From positions 2,001 through 49,111 of the forward strand of contig CAYPDO010000002.1 in NCBI GenBank assembly GCA_964409495.1: DNA of 47,111 nt, written 5' to 3'. Shown here in pieces: positions 1 to 9,050 of the stretch. The stretch's first letter is position 1; the number at the start of each line of letters is the position of its first letter. Source of the DNA: an uncultured Bordetella sp. (GTDB lineage Bacteria > Pseudomonadota > Gammaproteobacteria > Burkholderiales > Burkholderiaceae_C). A program made the position numbers and the translations under genes. The notes below the pieces were generated by a model. It did not search any database and was not told where the DNA came from. It saw nothing but the letters and a program-made list of their open reading frames with translations.

Positions 1-369
1 CGGCCGTTGCCCACGCTGGCGCCGCTGGCCATCGCCTGCCAGGCCCGCGTGGCGCTGGCCGACGAGGTGGGCGCGCTGCTGGGCGCGCGCCTGGTGCTGA
101 TGCTGCTGGGCGAGCGTCCAGGCCTGAGCTCACCCGACAGCCTGGGCGCCTACCTGACCCATGCGCCGGCCATCGGCTGCAGCGATGCGCAGCGCAACTG
201 CGTCAGCAACATCCGCCCCGAGGGCCTGGCCAACGGCGCGGCCGCCCAGCGCATCGCCTGGCTGGTGCACGAGGCCTTGCGCCGTCGGCTCACCGGCATC
301 GGGCTGAAGGACGACAGCGGCACGCCGCTGCTGCCCGCGCAGCCCGACCCGGCACCAGGCGCGGGCTGA
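1..369 (+). CDS. eutC: Ethanolamine ammonia-lyase small subunit, 3' part (5' end outside the window)
   Basis: Motifs [28 protein letters not shown] and [12 protein letters not shown] are typical of EutC; the frame is open from base 1. Confidence 0.93.
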   Translation, partial: RPLPTLAPLAIACQARVALADEVGALLGARLVLMLLGERPGLSSPDSLGAYLTHAPAIGCSDAQRNCVSNIRPEGLANGAAAQRIAWLVHEALRRRLTGIGLKDDSGTPLLPAQPDPAPGAG

Positions 370-400
370 GCACCAGCCTGCCCGGTCGCCGGGCAGCGGC

Positions 401-631
401 TCACTTGCGCTTGTTCACCTCGTTGCCGATCACGCCGCCCACGGCCGCGCCCACGGCGGCGCCGGTGGTGCTGCCGGTCACGGCGCCACCCACCACGGCG
501 CCAGCGGTGGCGCCGATGGCCGTGTCACGGGCCGCGGGCGACATGCCGGCGCAGGCTGCCAGGCCGAGCGACAGCGCGCCCAGGGCGGCCAGCGTGGCCA
601 GGCGGTTGAATCGATGTGGGTGGGGGGTCAT
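401..631 (-). CDS. Small glycine-zipper lipoprotein (OsmB-like)
   Basis: Lipobox LAAC followed by GATAGAVVGGAVTG..GAAVGAAVGGVIGNEV; AAGGA RBS upstream. Confidence 0.85.
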   Translation of the reverse strand: MTPHPHRFNRLATLAALGALSLGLAACAGMSPAARDTAIGATAGAVVGGAVTGSTTGAAVGAAVGGVIGNEVNKRK

Positions 632-771
632 GGTGCGGTCCTTTCGGGAGCGGAGAAAAAGGGGGGTGCCAGTGCGGCGGGCGCCGCCGGGCGGTCAAGC
701 GGTGCGCATGCGCCTGGCGGTTGGGCGCCGTCGCGCGCACCGGTGCGACGGCGGGCGTCCATCGCGCCGGC

Positions 772-1746
772 TCAGCTGCGCGAGCGCACCGGCTGGTCGT
801 TGTTGGAGATGTACACCTCCACGCGCCGGTTCATCGCGCGGTTGCTGTCTGAGCTGTTCTCGGCCACCGGATGGCCCTCGCCATAACCCATGGCGCGGAT
901 GCGCTCGGCGGCAATGCCCTGGCCGGCCAGCGCCAGCGCCACCGCCTCGGCACGCCGCACCGACAGCTGCAGATTGGTGGCCACCGTCCCCACGCTGTCG
1001 GTGAAGCCCTCGATCAGCACCCGGCGCTCGGGGTGCTGCTGCAGCCAGCCGGCCAGCTTGCGCAGCGCATCCTGGGCGCCGGGCTTGATGTCGGCACGGC
1101 CGAACTCGAACAGCACATCGCCCAGCGTGACCAGCATGCCGCGGTCGGTGGGCTGGGCCTGCAGTTCGGCCAGCTGGCGCTGCAGGGCCTCGGCCTGGGC
1201 ATTGGCCTGGGCGGCGTCGCCGCGTGCGTTGCGGGCCTGCTCGTTGGCCTGGTTGGCATCGGCGCGGGCGATGCTGGCCCGCATGCGTGACACATCGGCC
1301 TGCTGCTGCGCCGCAGCCGCCTCGCCGCGGGCGCGGCCGGCATCGGCCACGCTGAGGTCGGCGCGCATGCGCTCGCGCTCGGTCTGCGAGGCCTTGATCG
1401 CCTCCTCGTTGGCCTTGCTGCCGGCGATGGCCTGCGCCGCCTCGGCATGGCGCAGCGCCACATAGGCCGCGCTGCCCACCTCGCCCAGGCTCTCGCCCTG
1501 GGTGCTCAGCGCATTGGCACGGTCGAGCGCATCGGTGGCCTTCTTCAGATCCAGCGCGCCGTAGGTCAGCACGTTCGGGTCGGCACTGGCCTGGCGCACG
1601 GTGTCGCGCGCACGCACCAGCTCGGGCGGCACGGTGGGGGCGGTGCTGCAGGCCGCCAGTGCGGCCGCGGCGGCCAGCAGGCCCAGGCTGGCGGCACGTG
1701 CCAGCGGCTGGCGCAGGGTGTTGCGGGGAATGGTCGGGCGGGTCAT
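772..1746 (-). CDS. OmpA-family lipoprotein with an N-terminal DUF4398-like helical region
   Basis: Lipobox LAAC, an Ala-rich coiled coil, then OmpA_C motifs LGDVLFEFG, IEGFTDSVG, LSVRRAEAV and NRRVEV. Start reset to ATG 1746 within the longer listed ORF. Confidence 0.9.
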   Translation of the reverse strand: MTRPTIPRNTLRQPLARAASLGLLAAAAALAACSTAPTVPPELVRARDTVRQASADPNVLTYGALDLKKATDALDRANALSTQGESLGEVGSAAYVALRHAEAAQAIAGSKANEEAIKASQTERERMRADLSVADAGRARGEAAAAQQQADVSRMRASIARADANQANEQARNARGDAAQANAQAEALQRQLAELQAQPTDRGMLVTLGDVLFEFGRADIKPGAQDALRKLAGWLQQHPERRVLIEGFTDSVGTVATNLQLSVRRAEAVALALAGQGIAAERIRAMGYGEGHPVAENSSDSNRAMNRRVEVYISNNDQPVRSRS

Positions 1747-1826
1747 GGGATGTCCTGGGCAGTGGATGGTTGGCGTGCTGAGTGATCGAAGGCCTGGGTC
1801 TGTATGGGCCGGCACGGCGGGCCGCG

Positions 1827-2210
1827 CTAGTTGCGCGGCAGCGCCTCGCGCAGCTGGCGCAGGCTCTCGCGCACCTCGGACAGGGCGGCCTGCGAGCGTG
1901 TGCGCCGGGCGCGGGCCTCGGCCAGTGCGGCATCGGCCTCGGCCTCCTCGGCCAGGCGGCGGGCGCCGGCGTGATCCTTCTGGGCCATGGCGATGTTGGC
2001 GCGGGTGATCTTGTCGCGCGCCGCAGCCAGCTCGGCCGGCGCCTCGGCGGCTGACGGGCCGCTGGCGCGGTCGACCGCCGCGCTGCTCACCGCCATCTGC
2101 GCGGTGGGCGCCGGCACGGACGCACAGGCGCCCAGGGCCAGCAAGGCCAGGGCCGGCAGGGCCAGGCCCAGGCGGCGCGGGTGCGGGTGGCGGAAACAGG
2201 GTGGGTGCAT
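1827..2210 (-). CDS. DUF4398-family lipoprotein
   Basis: GAAGGAG RBS before ATG 2210; lipobox LGAC; APAELAAARDK..ARRLAEEAEADAALAEA pattern; usual position upstream of an OmpA gene. Confidence 0.85.
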   Translation of the reverse strand: MHPPCFRHPHPRRLGLALPALALLALGACASVPAPTAQMAVSSAAVDRASGPSAAEAPAELAAARDKITRANIAMAQKDHAGARRLAEEAEADAALAEARARRTRSQAALSEVRESLRQLREALPRN

Positions 2211-2267
2211 CGTCGATCTCCTTCGGGCATGGACGAGCTCCGATGCTGCGCAGCACGCGTTGCCTGT

Positions 2268-2433
2268 GGTGTAGGACACGGGCGCCGTGCGTTGTCGGTG
2301 GCCAGGCCTTGTGCGCGCCGCCGCCATCGGCGCGGCCACCGCTGTCGGACAGCGCCCACAGCCGGCTGCGCCCCGGCCCCACAGGGCGGCGCGGCGGGCG
2401 CGCACGGCTGGCCCAGCCCACGGCGGCCAACAT
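2268..2433. promoter_or_regulatory. Divergent promoter region with a regulator palindrome
   Basis: TGTCGG-acagcg-CCCACA at 2343-2360 and a second CCCACA ending at 2383. -10-like CAACAT at 2428 (+ strand) and TACACC at 2273-2268 (- strand). Confidence 0.55.
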
Positions 2434-2504
2434 GGCCACCGGGTGATGCGGGTGATGCGCTTGCAGCCTGTGCCCCCCACCCGCCATCCGCCAGGAGCGC
2501 CCGC

Positions 2505-3143
2505 ATGCTTGCCACCGCCACGCCGCCCGCAGCCAGACCGCCTGTTGCCACCGCCGCCGCCACCGCTGCCCCCACGGCCCGCGCCAGCCCCGGCCAGCCC
2601 GATCCCCGGGCCGGTTCGCGGGCCGGTTTGCGCCCGCTCGGCGCGGTCGAGGATGAACTGCTGGCGCTGCATCGCCGCGTCGGCAGCCTGCAGGCCTGCA
2701 CCGGGCCACTGCTGCCGCTGCGCCGCCAGACCCTGCAGCGGCTGCAGGTGCACCTGTTCCTCACCGCCAGCCAGCTGCTGCCGATGTGGCGCGCGCTGTG
2801 CCGCGATGCCAGCGCGGTGGACCGCGCCGAGATGCGGCTGGCGCAGCTGCGCACGCTGGCCGAACAGGCGCTGGCCGCCGATGCCGATGATGCGCTGGAC
2901 GAGGCCCGCTGCGCCGTGCTGGCCGAGGAAATGCAGCGCCACCTGATGCGCACCGTGGCCCTGCTGCGCGCGCTGGACGCCGTGGCCGAGCCCGACGGCC
3001 TGCACGCCCTGGCCGGCGTGTGGGCGCACGAAGGCGAGCGCCTGCGCCAGGCCCTTCGCCTGGGCCTGCCGGCGGCGATGGACAACGAGGACGCCGACCC
3101 GGTGGGCACGCCGCCCGTGGCGCCAGGGCGGGGCCGGTCATGA
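2505..3143 (+). CDS. Hypothetical protein, degenerate hemerythrin/HHE-like fold
   Basis: AGGAG RBS at 2493. Helix spacing resembles HHE proteins, but the HxxxE ligands are mostly replaced. ATGA overlap with the next gene. Confidence 0.55.
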   Translation: MLATATPPAARPPVATAAATAAPTARASPGQPDPRAGSRAGLRPLGAVEDELLALHRRVGSLQACTGPLLPLRRQTLQRLQVHLFLTASQLLPMWRALCRDASAVDRAEMRLAQLRTLAEQALAADADDALDEARCAVLAEEMQRHLMRTVALLRALDAVAEPDGLHALAGVWAHEGERLRQALRLGLPAAMDNEDADPVGTPPVAPGRGRS

Positions 3144-3541
3144 GCGGCACCCTGGCGCGCGACGACCTGCCCACGTCCTTCGGCAACTTCAAGCCGGCCG
3201 GACACGTGATGATCGGCCTGCCCGACCTGCCGGCGCTGCGGGCCCTGCGCAACGCGCTGCTGCGTGCCGGCTGGGCGCCCGAGCAGCTGATCGAGTTCAG
3301 CCCGCGCGAGACGGTGGACGAGATGTCGGCGCTGATCGATGGCGCCAGCCCGGTGTCGGGCTTCGGGTCCGAGATCACGATGATGCGCCGCTACCTCGAG
3401 GCGGCGCGCCAGGGCACACGCTGGCTGCTGGTGCAGGCCCACGGCGACGACACCCTGCTGGCGCTGACCACCATGGCGCGCGCCTACGGTGCGCGGCTGG
3501 CGGTGCGCTACGGCCACCTGGTGGTCGAGGACCTGATCTGA
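3140..3541 (+). CDS. Hypothetical protein
   Basis: Translationally coupled (ATGA), GC3-rich codons, globular alpha/beta-looking sequence (SFGNFKPAGHVMI...YGHLVVEDLI). Confidence 0.8.
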   Translation: MSGTLARDDLPTSFGNFKPAGHVMIGLPDLPALRALRNALLRAGWAPEQLIEFSPRETVDEMSALIDGASPVSGFGSEITMMRRYLEAARQGTRWLLVQAHGDDTLLALTTMARAYGARLAVRYGHLVVEDLI

Positions 3542-3593
3542 CACAGCCGGCGCCGCGCTGCCGCCACGGCAGCCACGCCGGCACAAGGCCCGC

Positions 3594-5090
3594 ATGACCG
3601 AACCCGCCCGCTTCCGCACCGAGACCGACAGCTTCGGCGCCATCGACGTGCCCGCCCAGGCCTTGTGGGGCGCGCAGACGCAGCGCAGCCTGGCCTTCTT
3701 CGCCATCGGCGAGCAGCGCATGCCCTTGGCGCTGGTCCATGCGCTGGCCCAGATCAAGCGCGCCGCCGCCGAGACGCATGCCGCGCTCGGCCTGATGGAC
3801 GCGGCCAAGGCCGCCGCCATTGCCGCGGCCGCGGCGCGCGTGGCCGCCGGCGAGTTCGACGAGGCCTTTCCGCTGTCGGTGTGGCAGACGGGCTCGGGCA
3901 CGCAGACCCACATGAACGTCAACGAGGTGCTGGCCCACCTGGCCACGTTGGCGCTGGGCGGCACGCTGCACGGTGCGCAGGCGGTGAACGCGCATGACGA
4001 CGTGAACCTCGGCCAGTCGTCCAACGATGTGTTCCCCAGCGCCATGCATGTGGCGGTGGCGCAGGCCTGCGACCCGCTGCTGCAGGCGCTGGGCCAGCTG
4101 CGCAGCGCGCTGCAGCACAAGGCGCGGCTGTTTGCCGATGTGCTGAAGGTGGGCCGCACCCATCTGCAGGATGCGACCCCGGTCACGCTGGGCCAGGAGT
4201 TTGGAGGCTATGACGCGCAGCTGGCGCTGGCCGAAGCCGCGCTCGGCCAGGCCCTGCCGGCGGTGCTGGCGCTGGCGCTGGGCGGCACGGCGGTGGGCAC
4301 GGGCCTGAACACCCATCCCGAGTTCGCGGCGCGTGTGGCGCAGCGGCTGGCCAGCCGCCTGGGTCTGCCCTTCACCGTGGCGCCCAACCTGTTTGCGGCC
4401 ATGGCCGGGCACGAGGCCCTGGTGGGTCTGCACGCCAGCCTGCGCATGCTGGCCATTGCCCTGAACAAGCTGGCCAACGACATCCGGCTGATGGGCAGCG
4501 GCCCGCGCGCCGGCCTGGGCGAGCTGCAGCTGCCGGAAAACGAACCGGGCAGCTCGATCATGCCGGGCAAGGTGAACCCCACGCAGGTGGAAGCCCTGAC
4601 CATGGTGTGCGCGCAGGTCATGGGACACGACGTGGCCATCGGCATCGCCGCCAGCCTGGGCCAGTTCGAGCTCAATGTCTACAAGCCGCTGATCGCGCTG
4701 GACGTGCTCGACAGCATCACGCTGCTGCGCGATGCGATGCGCAGCTTTGCCCTGCACTGCGTGGAGGGCCTCGAAGCCAGGCCCGAGCGCCTGGCGCAGG
4801 GCCTGGCGCAATCGCTGATGCTGGTGACGGCGCTGGCGCCGCACATCGGCCATGCACGCGCCGCCCGCATCGCCCGCCAGGCGGCACAGCAGGGCAGCAC
4901 GCTGCGCGAGGCGGCGCTGGCCAGCGGCGAGGTGGCGGCCGCCGATTTCGATGCCTGGGTCCGGCCGGCCGAGATGGCCGGGCGCGGCCCTGTCCAGGCC
5001 GCTGTGCAGGCGGCCGTGCCGCCTGCACAGCGGCCGCGGCACGGGCGCCACGCCCGCACCGTCCATCACGCCCCCAAGGAGAAGCCATGA
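3594..5090 (+). CDS. fumC: Class II fumarate hydratase
   Basis: RTETDSFG, WGAQTQRS, WQTGSGTQTHMNVNEV, GRTHLQDATP and the signature GSSIMPGKVNPTQ. Confidence 0.97.
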   Translation: MTEPARFRTETDSFGAIDVPAQALWGAQTQRSLAFFAIGEQRMPLALVHALAQIKRAAAETHAALGLMDAAKAAAIAAAAARVAAGEFDEAFPLSVWQTGSGTQTHMNVNEVLAHLATLALGGTLHGAQAVNAHDDVNLGQSSNDVFPSAMHVAVAQACDPLLQALGQLRSALQHKARLFADVLKVGRTHLQDATPVTLGQEFGGYDAQLALAEAALGQALPAVLALALGGTAVGTGLNTHPEFAARVAQRLASRLGLPFTVAPNLFAAMAGHEALVGLHASLRMLAIALNKLANDIRLMGSGPRAGLGELQLPENEPGSSIMPGKVNPTQVEALTMVCAQVMGHDVAIGIAASLGQFELNVYKPLIALDVLDSITLLRDAMRSFALHCVEGLEARPERLAQGLAQSLMLVTALAPHIGHARAARIARQAAQQGSTLREAALASGEVAAADFDAWVRPAEMAGRGPVQAAVQAAVPPAQRPRHGRHARTVHHAPKEKP

Positions 5091-5422
5091 CCCCATCCCC
5101 CGACACGCCGTCGGCCGCGCAGCCGCCCGACGACGACCTGGCCCGGCAGGCCCGCCCGGGCCACGGCATTCCGTCGCAGGACCCCGACCCCGCGGCACAG
5201 CAGCCGATGGAGCCGGGTGAGGCCGAGCGCGAGGCCCAGTCGGTGCTGGCCGGCGGCGGCATGATGGTGGGCGCCGCGGCCGGCGCCGCGCTCGGCACCG
5301 CGGTGGCGGGCCCGGTGGGGGCCGTGGTGGGCGGCACGGTGGGCGCCATGGCCGGCGCGCTGGGCGGCGGCGCGGCCGGTGCCCTGGTCAGCCCGCCTGT
5401 GCCGCCGCTGCCCGTGCCCTGA
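5087..5422 (+). CDS. Small glycine-zipper membrane protein
   Basis: AAGGAG RBS; ATGA overlap with the fumC stop; C-terminal GAAAGAALG..GPVGAVVGGTVGAMAGALGG zipper. Confidence 0.8.
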   Translation: MTPSPDTPSAAQPPDDDLARQARPGHGIPSQDPDPAAQQPMEPGEAEREAQSVLAGGGMMVGAAAGAALGTAVAGPVGAVVGGTVGAMAGALGGGAAGALVSPPVPPLPVP

Positions 5423-5457
5423 GCCGCACGGCCCGCGCCGCGGCGCCCGGCCGTGCG

Positions 5458-5552
5458 TGTCGGACAGCGCCTACCGCGCGCGTCGGCCGACGCCGGCTTG
5501 TGCGTGCCGGCACGCGCGCGTGCTGGCCCTGGCACAGGCCTGCTCCTACACT
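5458..5552 (+). promoter_or_regulatory. Putative (auto)regulated promoter of the NarL/UvrY-type regulator
   Basis: TGTCGG-acagcg-CCTACC at 5458-5475 (14 nt identical to the 2343 site); -10-like TACACT at 5547-5552. Confidence 0.55.
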
Positions 5553-5633
5553 GGGCCGCAAGGGTCCGGCCGGCGGCCCTGCGGCCGGCGGCACACCACA
5601 CACGGACGGGCCGCCGACACCGAAGGAACGCCC

Positions 5634-6266
5634 ATGATCCGCATCGTCATCGTCGACGACCACGCCATCGTCCGCACCGGACTGCGCCAGTATTTCTCCA
5701 CCCAGGTGGATCTGCGCGTCACCGGCGAGGCCGGCACCGGCCGCGAGGCGCTCGACCTGGTGCGCCGTGGCGACCTCGACGTGGTGCTGATGGACCTGAG
5801 CATGCCCGACCAGAGCGGCGTCGACGCGCTGGCGGCGATCAAGGCGCGCGAGCCCGGCCTGCCGGTGCTGATCCTCAGCGGCTACCCCGAGACGCATTAC
5901 GCCACCACGCTGCTGCGCCAGGGCGCCAGCGGCTACCTGAACAAGGAATGCGATCCGGAAGAGATCGTCAAGGCCATCCGCACCGTGGTGCGCGGGCGCA
6001 AGTACATCACCCCGGCCGTGGCCGAGTTGCTGGCCGACGGCCTGGGCGCCGACAGCGACAAGCTGCCGCACGAGCTGCTGTCCGAGCGCGAGTTCCAGGT
6101 CTTCCTGCGCCTGGCCAAGGGCGAGACCATCAGCCACATGGCCGACAGCATGGCCTTGTCGGTGAAGACGGTCAGCACCTACCGCACGCGCGTGATGGAA
6201 AAGATGAAGCTGGCCACCAACAGCGACCTGACCTACTACGCGCTGAAGAACGGCCTGATCCAGTAG
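5634..6266 (+). CDS. NarL/FixJ-family (UvrY/GacA-like) DNA-binding response regulator
   Basis: REC domain (IVDDH, phospho-Asp in LMDLSMP, YLNK) plus LuxR HTH (LSEREFQV..LSVKTVSTYRTRVMEKM); GAAGGA RBS. Confidence 0.95.
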   Translation: MIRIVIVDDHAIVRTGLRQYFSTQVDLRVTGEAGTGREALDLVRRGDLDVVLMDLSMPDQSGVDALAAIKAREPGLPVLILSGYPETHYATTLLRQGASGYLNKECDPEEIVKAIRTVVRGRKYITPAVAELLADGLGADSDKLPHELLSEREFQVFLRLAKGETISHMADSMALSVKTVSTYRTRVMEKMKLATNSDLTYYALKNGLIQ

Positions 6267-6336
6267 CCGCGGCGGCCCGGGCCCAAGGCGGCGCGGCCTG
6301 CCACCGCGCGTGTCCTCCGGGTCAGGTCAGCGCCGT

Positions 6337-6714
6337 TCAGTTCAACGGCCCCGACAGGCTCTCGCAATAGGCCAGCAGCTCGTCGAGCTCGGCCGACTTG
6401 TCGAACACGCGGTCGGCGCCGAGTTGCGCGGCACGCTTGCGGATGTCGGCGGTGGCGTAGTTGGTCAGCACCACCAGCCGGCTCTCGGGCCGCAGCAGGC
6501 GCGCGCGGCGCAGCACCTCCAGGCCGCTGCCGCTCTTGAGGAACACGTCGATGATCATCAGGCCGCAGCCATGCGTGGCGTCGCTCAGCCAGGCCACGGC
6601 CGAGCCCTCGTCCTCGCAGATGCCGACCACGCGGATCGGCAGCATCTCCTCGAGCGTGGCCACGAGGTTCTGCTGGATCACCGGGCTGTCTTCGACGAGG
6701 AAACAGGTCAGCAC
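6337..6714 (-). CDS. Single-domain response regulator (REC only)
   Basis: FLVEDS, IIDVFLKSGSG, VLTN and FDKS receiver motifs with no output domain. Start uncertain (GTG 6714 or ATG 6792). Confidence 0.88.
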   Translation of the reverse strand: MLTCFLVEDSPVIQQNLVATLEEMLPIRVVGICEDEGSAVAWLSDATHGCGLMIIDVFLKSGSGLEVLRRARLLRPESRLVVLTNYATADIRKRAAQLGADRVFDKSAELDELLAYCESLSGPLN

Positions 6715-6790
6715 GAAGGGTTTGTCACTGTGAACGGTACCGTGGCGCCGGTGCGCCGCCACGGCAGGCCCGGGGGCGCAGGTTGGCAGC

Positions 6791-6859
6791 ATTATCGGCA
6801 CGCACTGCACCGCGCCCGGTGGGGCGCAGCGCCCGGACGCATGTCGGATCATTCCTACG
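6791..6859 (-). promoter_or_regulatory. Phased regulator sites plus -10 upstream of the REC gene
   Basis: TGTCGG-atcatt-CCTACG at 6842-6859, GGTGGG half-site at 6818, -10 GATAAT at 6796-6791. Confidence 0.55.
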
Positions 6860-7130
6860 CCGCCGCGGCCTGGGGCAGGCTGTCGGTGGCAGGCGCGTCG
6901 CGCAGCTGCACGCTGAGTTCGTCGACCAGCAAGGCCCAGTCGCTGTCCTCGCGGACCTTCTCGCGCAGGAAGCAGGCCTGGCTGTCGCTCCAGAACGGCG
7001 CGTCGGCCAGGCGCAGCTGGTCTGACAGCGGCCGGTGCTGCAGCAAGAAGGCGCGGATCGCGGCCGCGTCGCTGGGCAGGCCCAGCTGGGCAAACAGATC
7101 CTGCATGGTGTGGTGGGTGGTGGTGTCCAT
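6855..7130 (-). CDS. DUF2789-family protein
   Basis: LFAQLGLPSD..I..F...H, LADAPFWS.SQA.FLRE and DWA..VD.L pattern. Confidence 0.88.
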   Translation of the reverse strand: MDTTTHHTMQDLFAQLGLPSDAAAIRAFLLQHRPLSDQLRLADAPFWSDSQACFLREKVREDSDWALLVDELSVQLRDAPATDSLPQAAAA

Positions 7131-7177
7131 CAGGCGCCTTCCGGGTGGGTTCAGGGCAGGGGTGCGGGGGCTCGGCA

Positions 7178-7810
7178 TCATGGCCCGGCGCGCGGGCCAC
7201 TGGCCGGCGCGCTGGCGGGCGCGGCGCGTTCGGCAGCACTGGCCGGGCTGGCCGGCCGGGTCGGCACGGCGGGCTTGGCGGCGCCACCGCTGTCGACGCT
7301 GCGGGTGACCGATTCGCGCATCACGCCGCCGGCCTTCACCGAGCCCGATTCCATGCCCTGGCCGCTGGCCAGCAGCTCGCAGGCCGGGCGCTCGGCCAGC
7401 GGCTGCACGGCGCAGCGCGCCAGCGCATTGGCGCGCAGCGCCATCGCGCTCTCGCCGTTGTCCAGGCGGTGGCGCAGCGCGTCGGCACGCGCGGCGCCGG
7501 CCTCCGTCAGGCAGGTGGCGGTGTCCTGGCCGCTGCCGCCGGCCAGGCAGGCCTGGCGCTCGGCCTGGTAGCGCGCCTGCACGACGGCGGCCGGCTCCGG
7601 CCCGGCAGCGTGCGCCGGCATGCCGGGCAGGGCCGCCAGCAGCATGAACGCGCCGAGGCCGGCCAGCGCGGTGAGCGCTGCGGCGAGCGCCGGCCTGCGC
7701 CAGTGCGCCCGCAGGCGGGCCAGGCCCTCCGGGCGGCGATGGCCGGACAGAACAAGAGATCGGGGTGCGGATCGGGTCATGACGTGTTCTCCAGTGGCGG
7801 GCACGTTCAT
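7178..7810 (-). CDS. Exported hypothetical protein with four cysteines
   Basis: Hydrophobic signal ending AHA, then RYQAERQAC..GQD..TCL.EAGAA and GSV..GG; ATGA-coupled to the upstream gene. Confidence 0.7.
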   Translation of the reverse strand: MNVPATGEHVMTRSAPRSLVLSGHRRPEGLARLRAHWRRPALAAALTALAGLGAFMLLAALPGMPAHAAGPEPAAVVQARYQAERQACLAGGSGQDTATCLTEAGAARADALRHRLDNGESAMALRANALARCAVQPLAERPACELLASGQGMESGSVKAGGVMRESVTRSVDSGGAAKPAVPTRPASPASAAERAAPASAPASGPRAGP

Positions 7811-8934
7811 GCGTGCCCGGGTTGCAACTTGCCGTCGATCACGCGCACCAGGTCGCCCTTGCGCAGCCCGGGATCGGCATCGAGGTCGACGCTGCGCTGC
7901 GAGCCGTCGGACATGCGCACCAGCACCTCGAACTGCTCGTGCCGCAGGCGCCGCCGATCCACCTGGTGGCCCAGCACGCCGCCGGCCACGGCACCAGCCA
8001 CACCGGCCGCGGTGCGGCCATCGCCCTGGCCGAACTGGCTGCCCAGCACCGCCCCGAGCACGCCACCGGCCACCGCGCCCAGCGGTGCGCCTTCACCCTC
8101 CACCTGCAGGCGGTTGACGGCCAGCACGGTGCCGCACTCGGCACAGGCCTGCTGGCGCCGTGGCGCTGGCGGCAGCGGCACGCCGGCCAGTGCATGCGGC
8201 AGGCTGCTGTCGGCGCGGTGGCCGCCCAGGCGCATCACGGCGGTGGCCGCGGCGTCGGCGCTCAGGTGGTCGGCATCGCCCACGGTGTAGCGCGCGGTGT
8301 AGACACCCGGACTGTCCTCGGTCAGGCGGATGCGGCGGTTCGCGGCGCCGGGCAGCAAGGCCCACACGCGCGCGCCGGGCGAGCCGTCCACACGCAGCAG
8401 CAGCACGCGCTCGGCATGGCCGGCCCGGCGCTGGCCGGCCTGGGTGACGGCAAACCGCTCGATCACCGGCACCCGGTCGGAAGCCGCGGCCGGCGTGGCC
8501 TGCCAGCCGCGCTGCAGCGGCTCGGCCAGCGAGGCACGGCTGAGCTGGTTGCCGCGGCGCAGGCTGGCCACCACCGCGGCATCGGGCGCCACGCGGTCGC
8601 GGCCGCTCAGCGTGTACACGCCGTCATAGACACCGGGGCGGCCCTCGCGCAGGTGCAGCGGGCGCACCGCGCCGGCAATGTCCAGCGTGGCCGTGGCGCC
8701 GGGCGTGCCCCACAGCGTGAACGGCAGCTCGGCACCGGGCTGCAGGCGCTCGGCCGGCTGCACGTCGAAGCCGGTGATCTGCGGTGCCGTGCCGGCCTGG
8801 CGGCTGCCCTGCGCCTGCGCCGGGCTGCCGGCCAGCGGCCCGCCCAGGCCGATGCCCAGCACCAGCCAGGCCGCCAGCACGGCAGGCCGCCAGCGGCCCC
8901 GGCGCGGATGCGGGCGGGTGGTGGTTCGGGACAT
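7807..8934 (-). CDS. Exported protein with two beta-rich repeats and a C-terminal glycine-zipper 2TM domain
   Basis: GAGGAG RBS; signal peptide ending AQA; duplicated G.PGA...L.E..PGVY...YT unit; CAECG followed by GAVAGGVLGAVLGSQFGQGDGR. Confidence 0.85.
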   Translation of the reverse strand: MSRTTTRPHPRRGRWRPAVLAAWLVLGIGLGGPLAGSPAQAQGSRQAGTAPQITGFDVQPAERLQPGAELPFTLWGTPGATATLDIAGAVRPLHLREGRPGVYDGVYTLSGRDRVAPDAAVVASLRRGNQLSRASLAEPLQRGWQATPAAASDRVPVIERFAVTQAGQRRAGHAERVLLLRVDGSPGARVWALLPGAANRRIRLTEDSPGVYTARYTVGDADHLSADAAATAVMRLGGHRADSSLPHALAGVPLPPAPRRQQACAECGTVLAVNRLQVEGEGAPLGAVAGGVLGAVLGSQFGQGDGRTAAGVAGAVAGGVLGHQVDRRRLRHEQFEVLVRMSDGSQRSVDLDADPGLRKGDLVRVIDGKLQPGHA

Positions 8935-8982
8935 GGCATCTCCTCGGGGTTCGGGCCGGCCCGTGCCGGCCCCTGCCAGGGC

Positions 8983-9050
8983 ACCTTAGGCCGACGCCTT
9001 GTGCCGTGCTGTCGTCCGGCGCAGGCGATGGCGGTAGGCGCAGGCCTACG
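8983..9050 (-). promoter_or_regulatory. Phased regulator sites plus -10
   Basis: GGTAGG-cgcagg-CCTACG at 9033-9050, TGTCGT at 9010, -10 TAAGGT at 8988-8983. Confidence 0.6.

Noticed and set aside
2087-4186. 699-aa minus-strand ORF (and 3375-5198)
   Set aside because: Shadow frames of fumC and its upstream genes.
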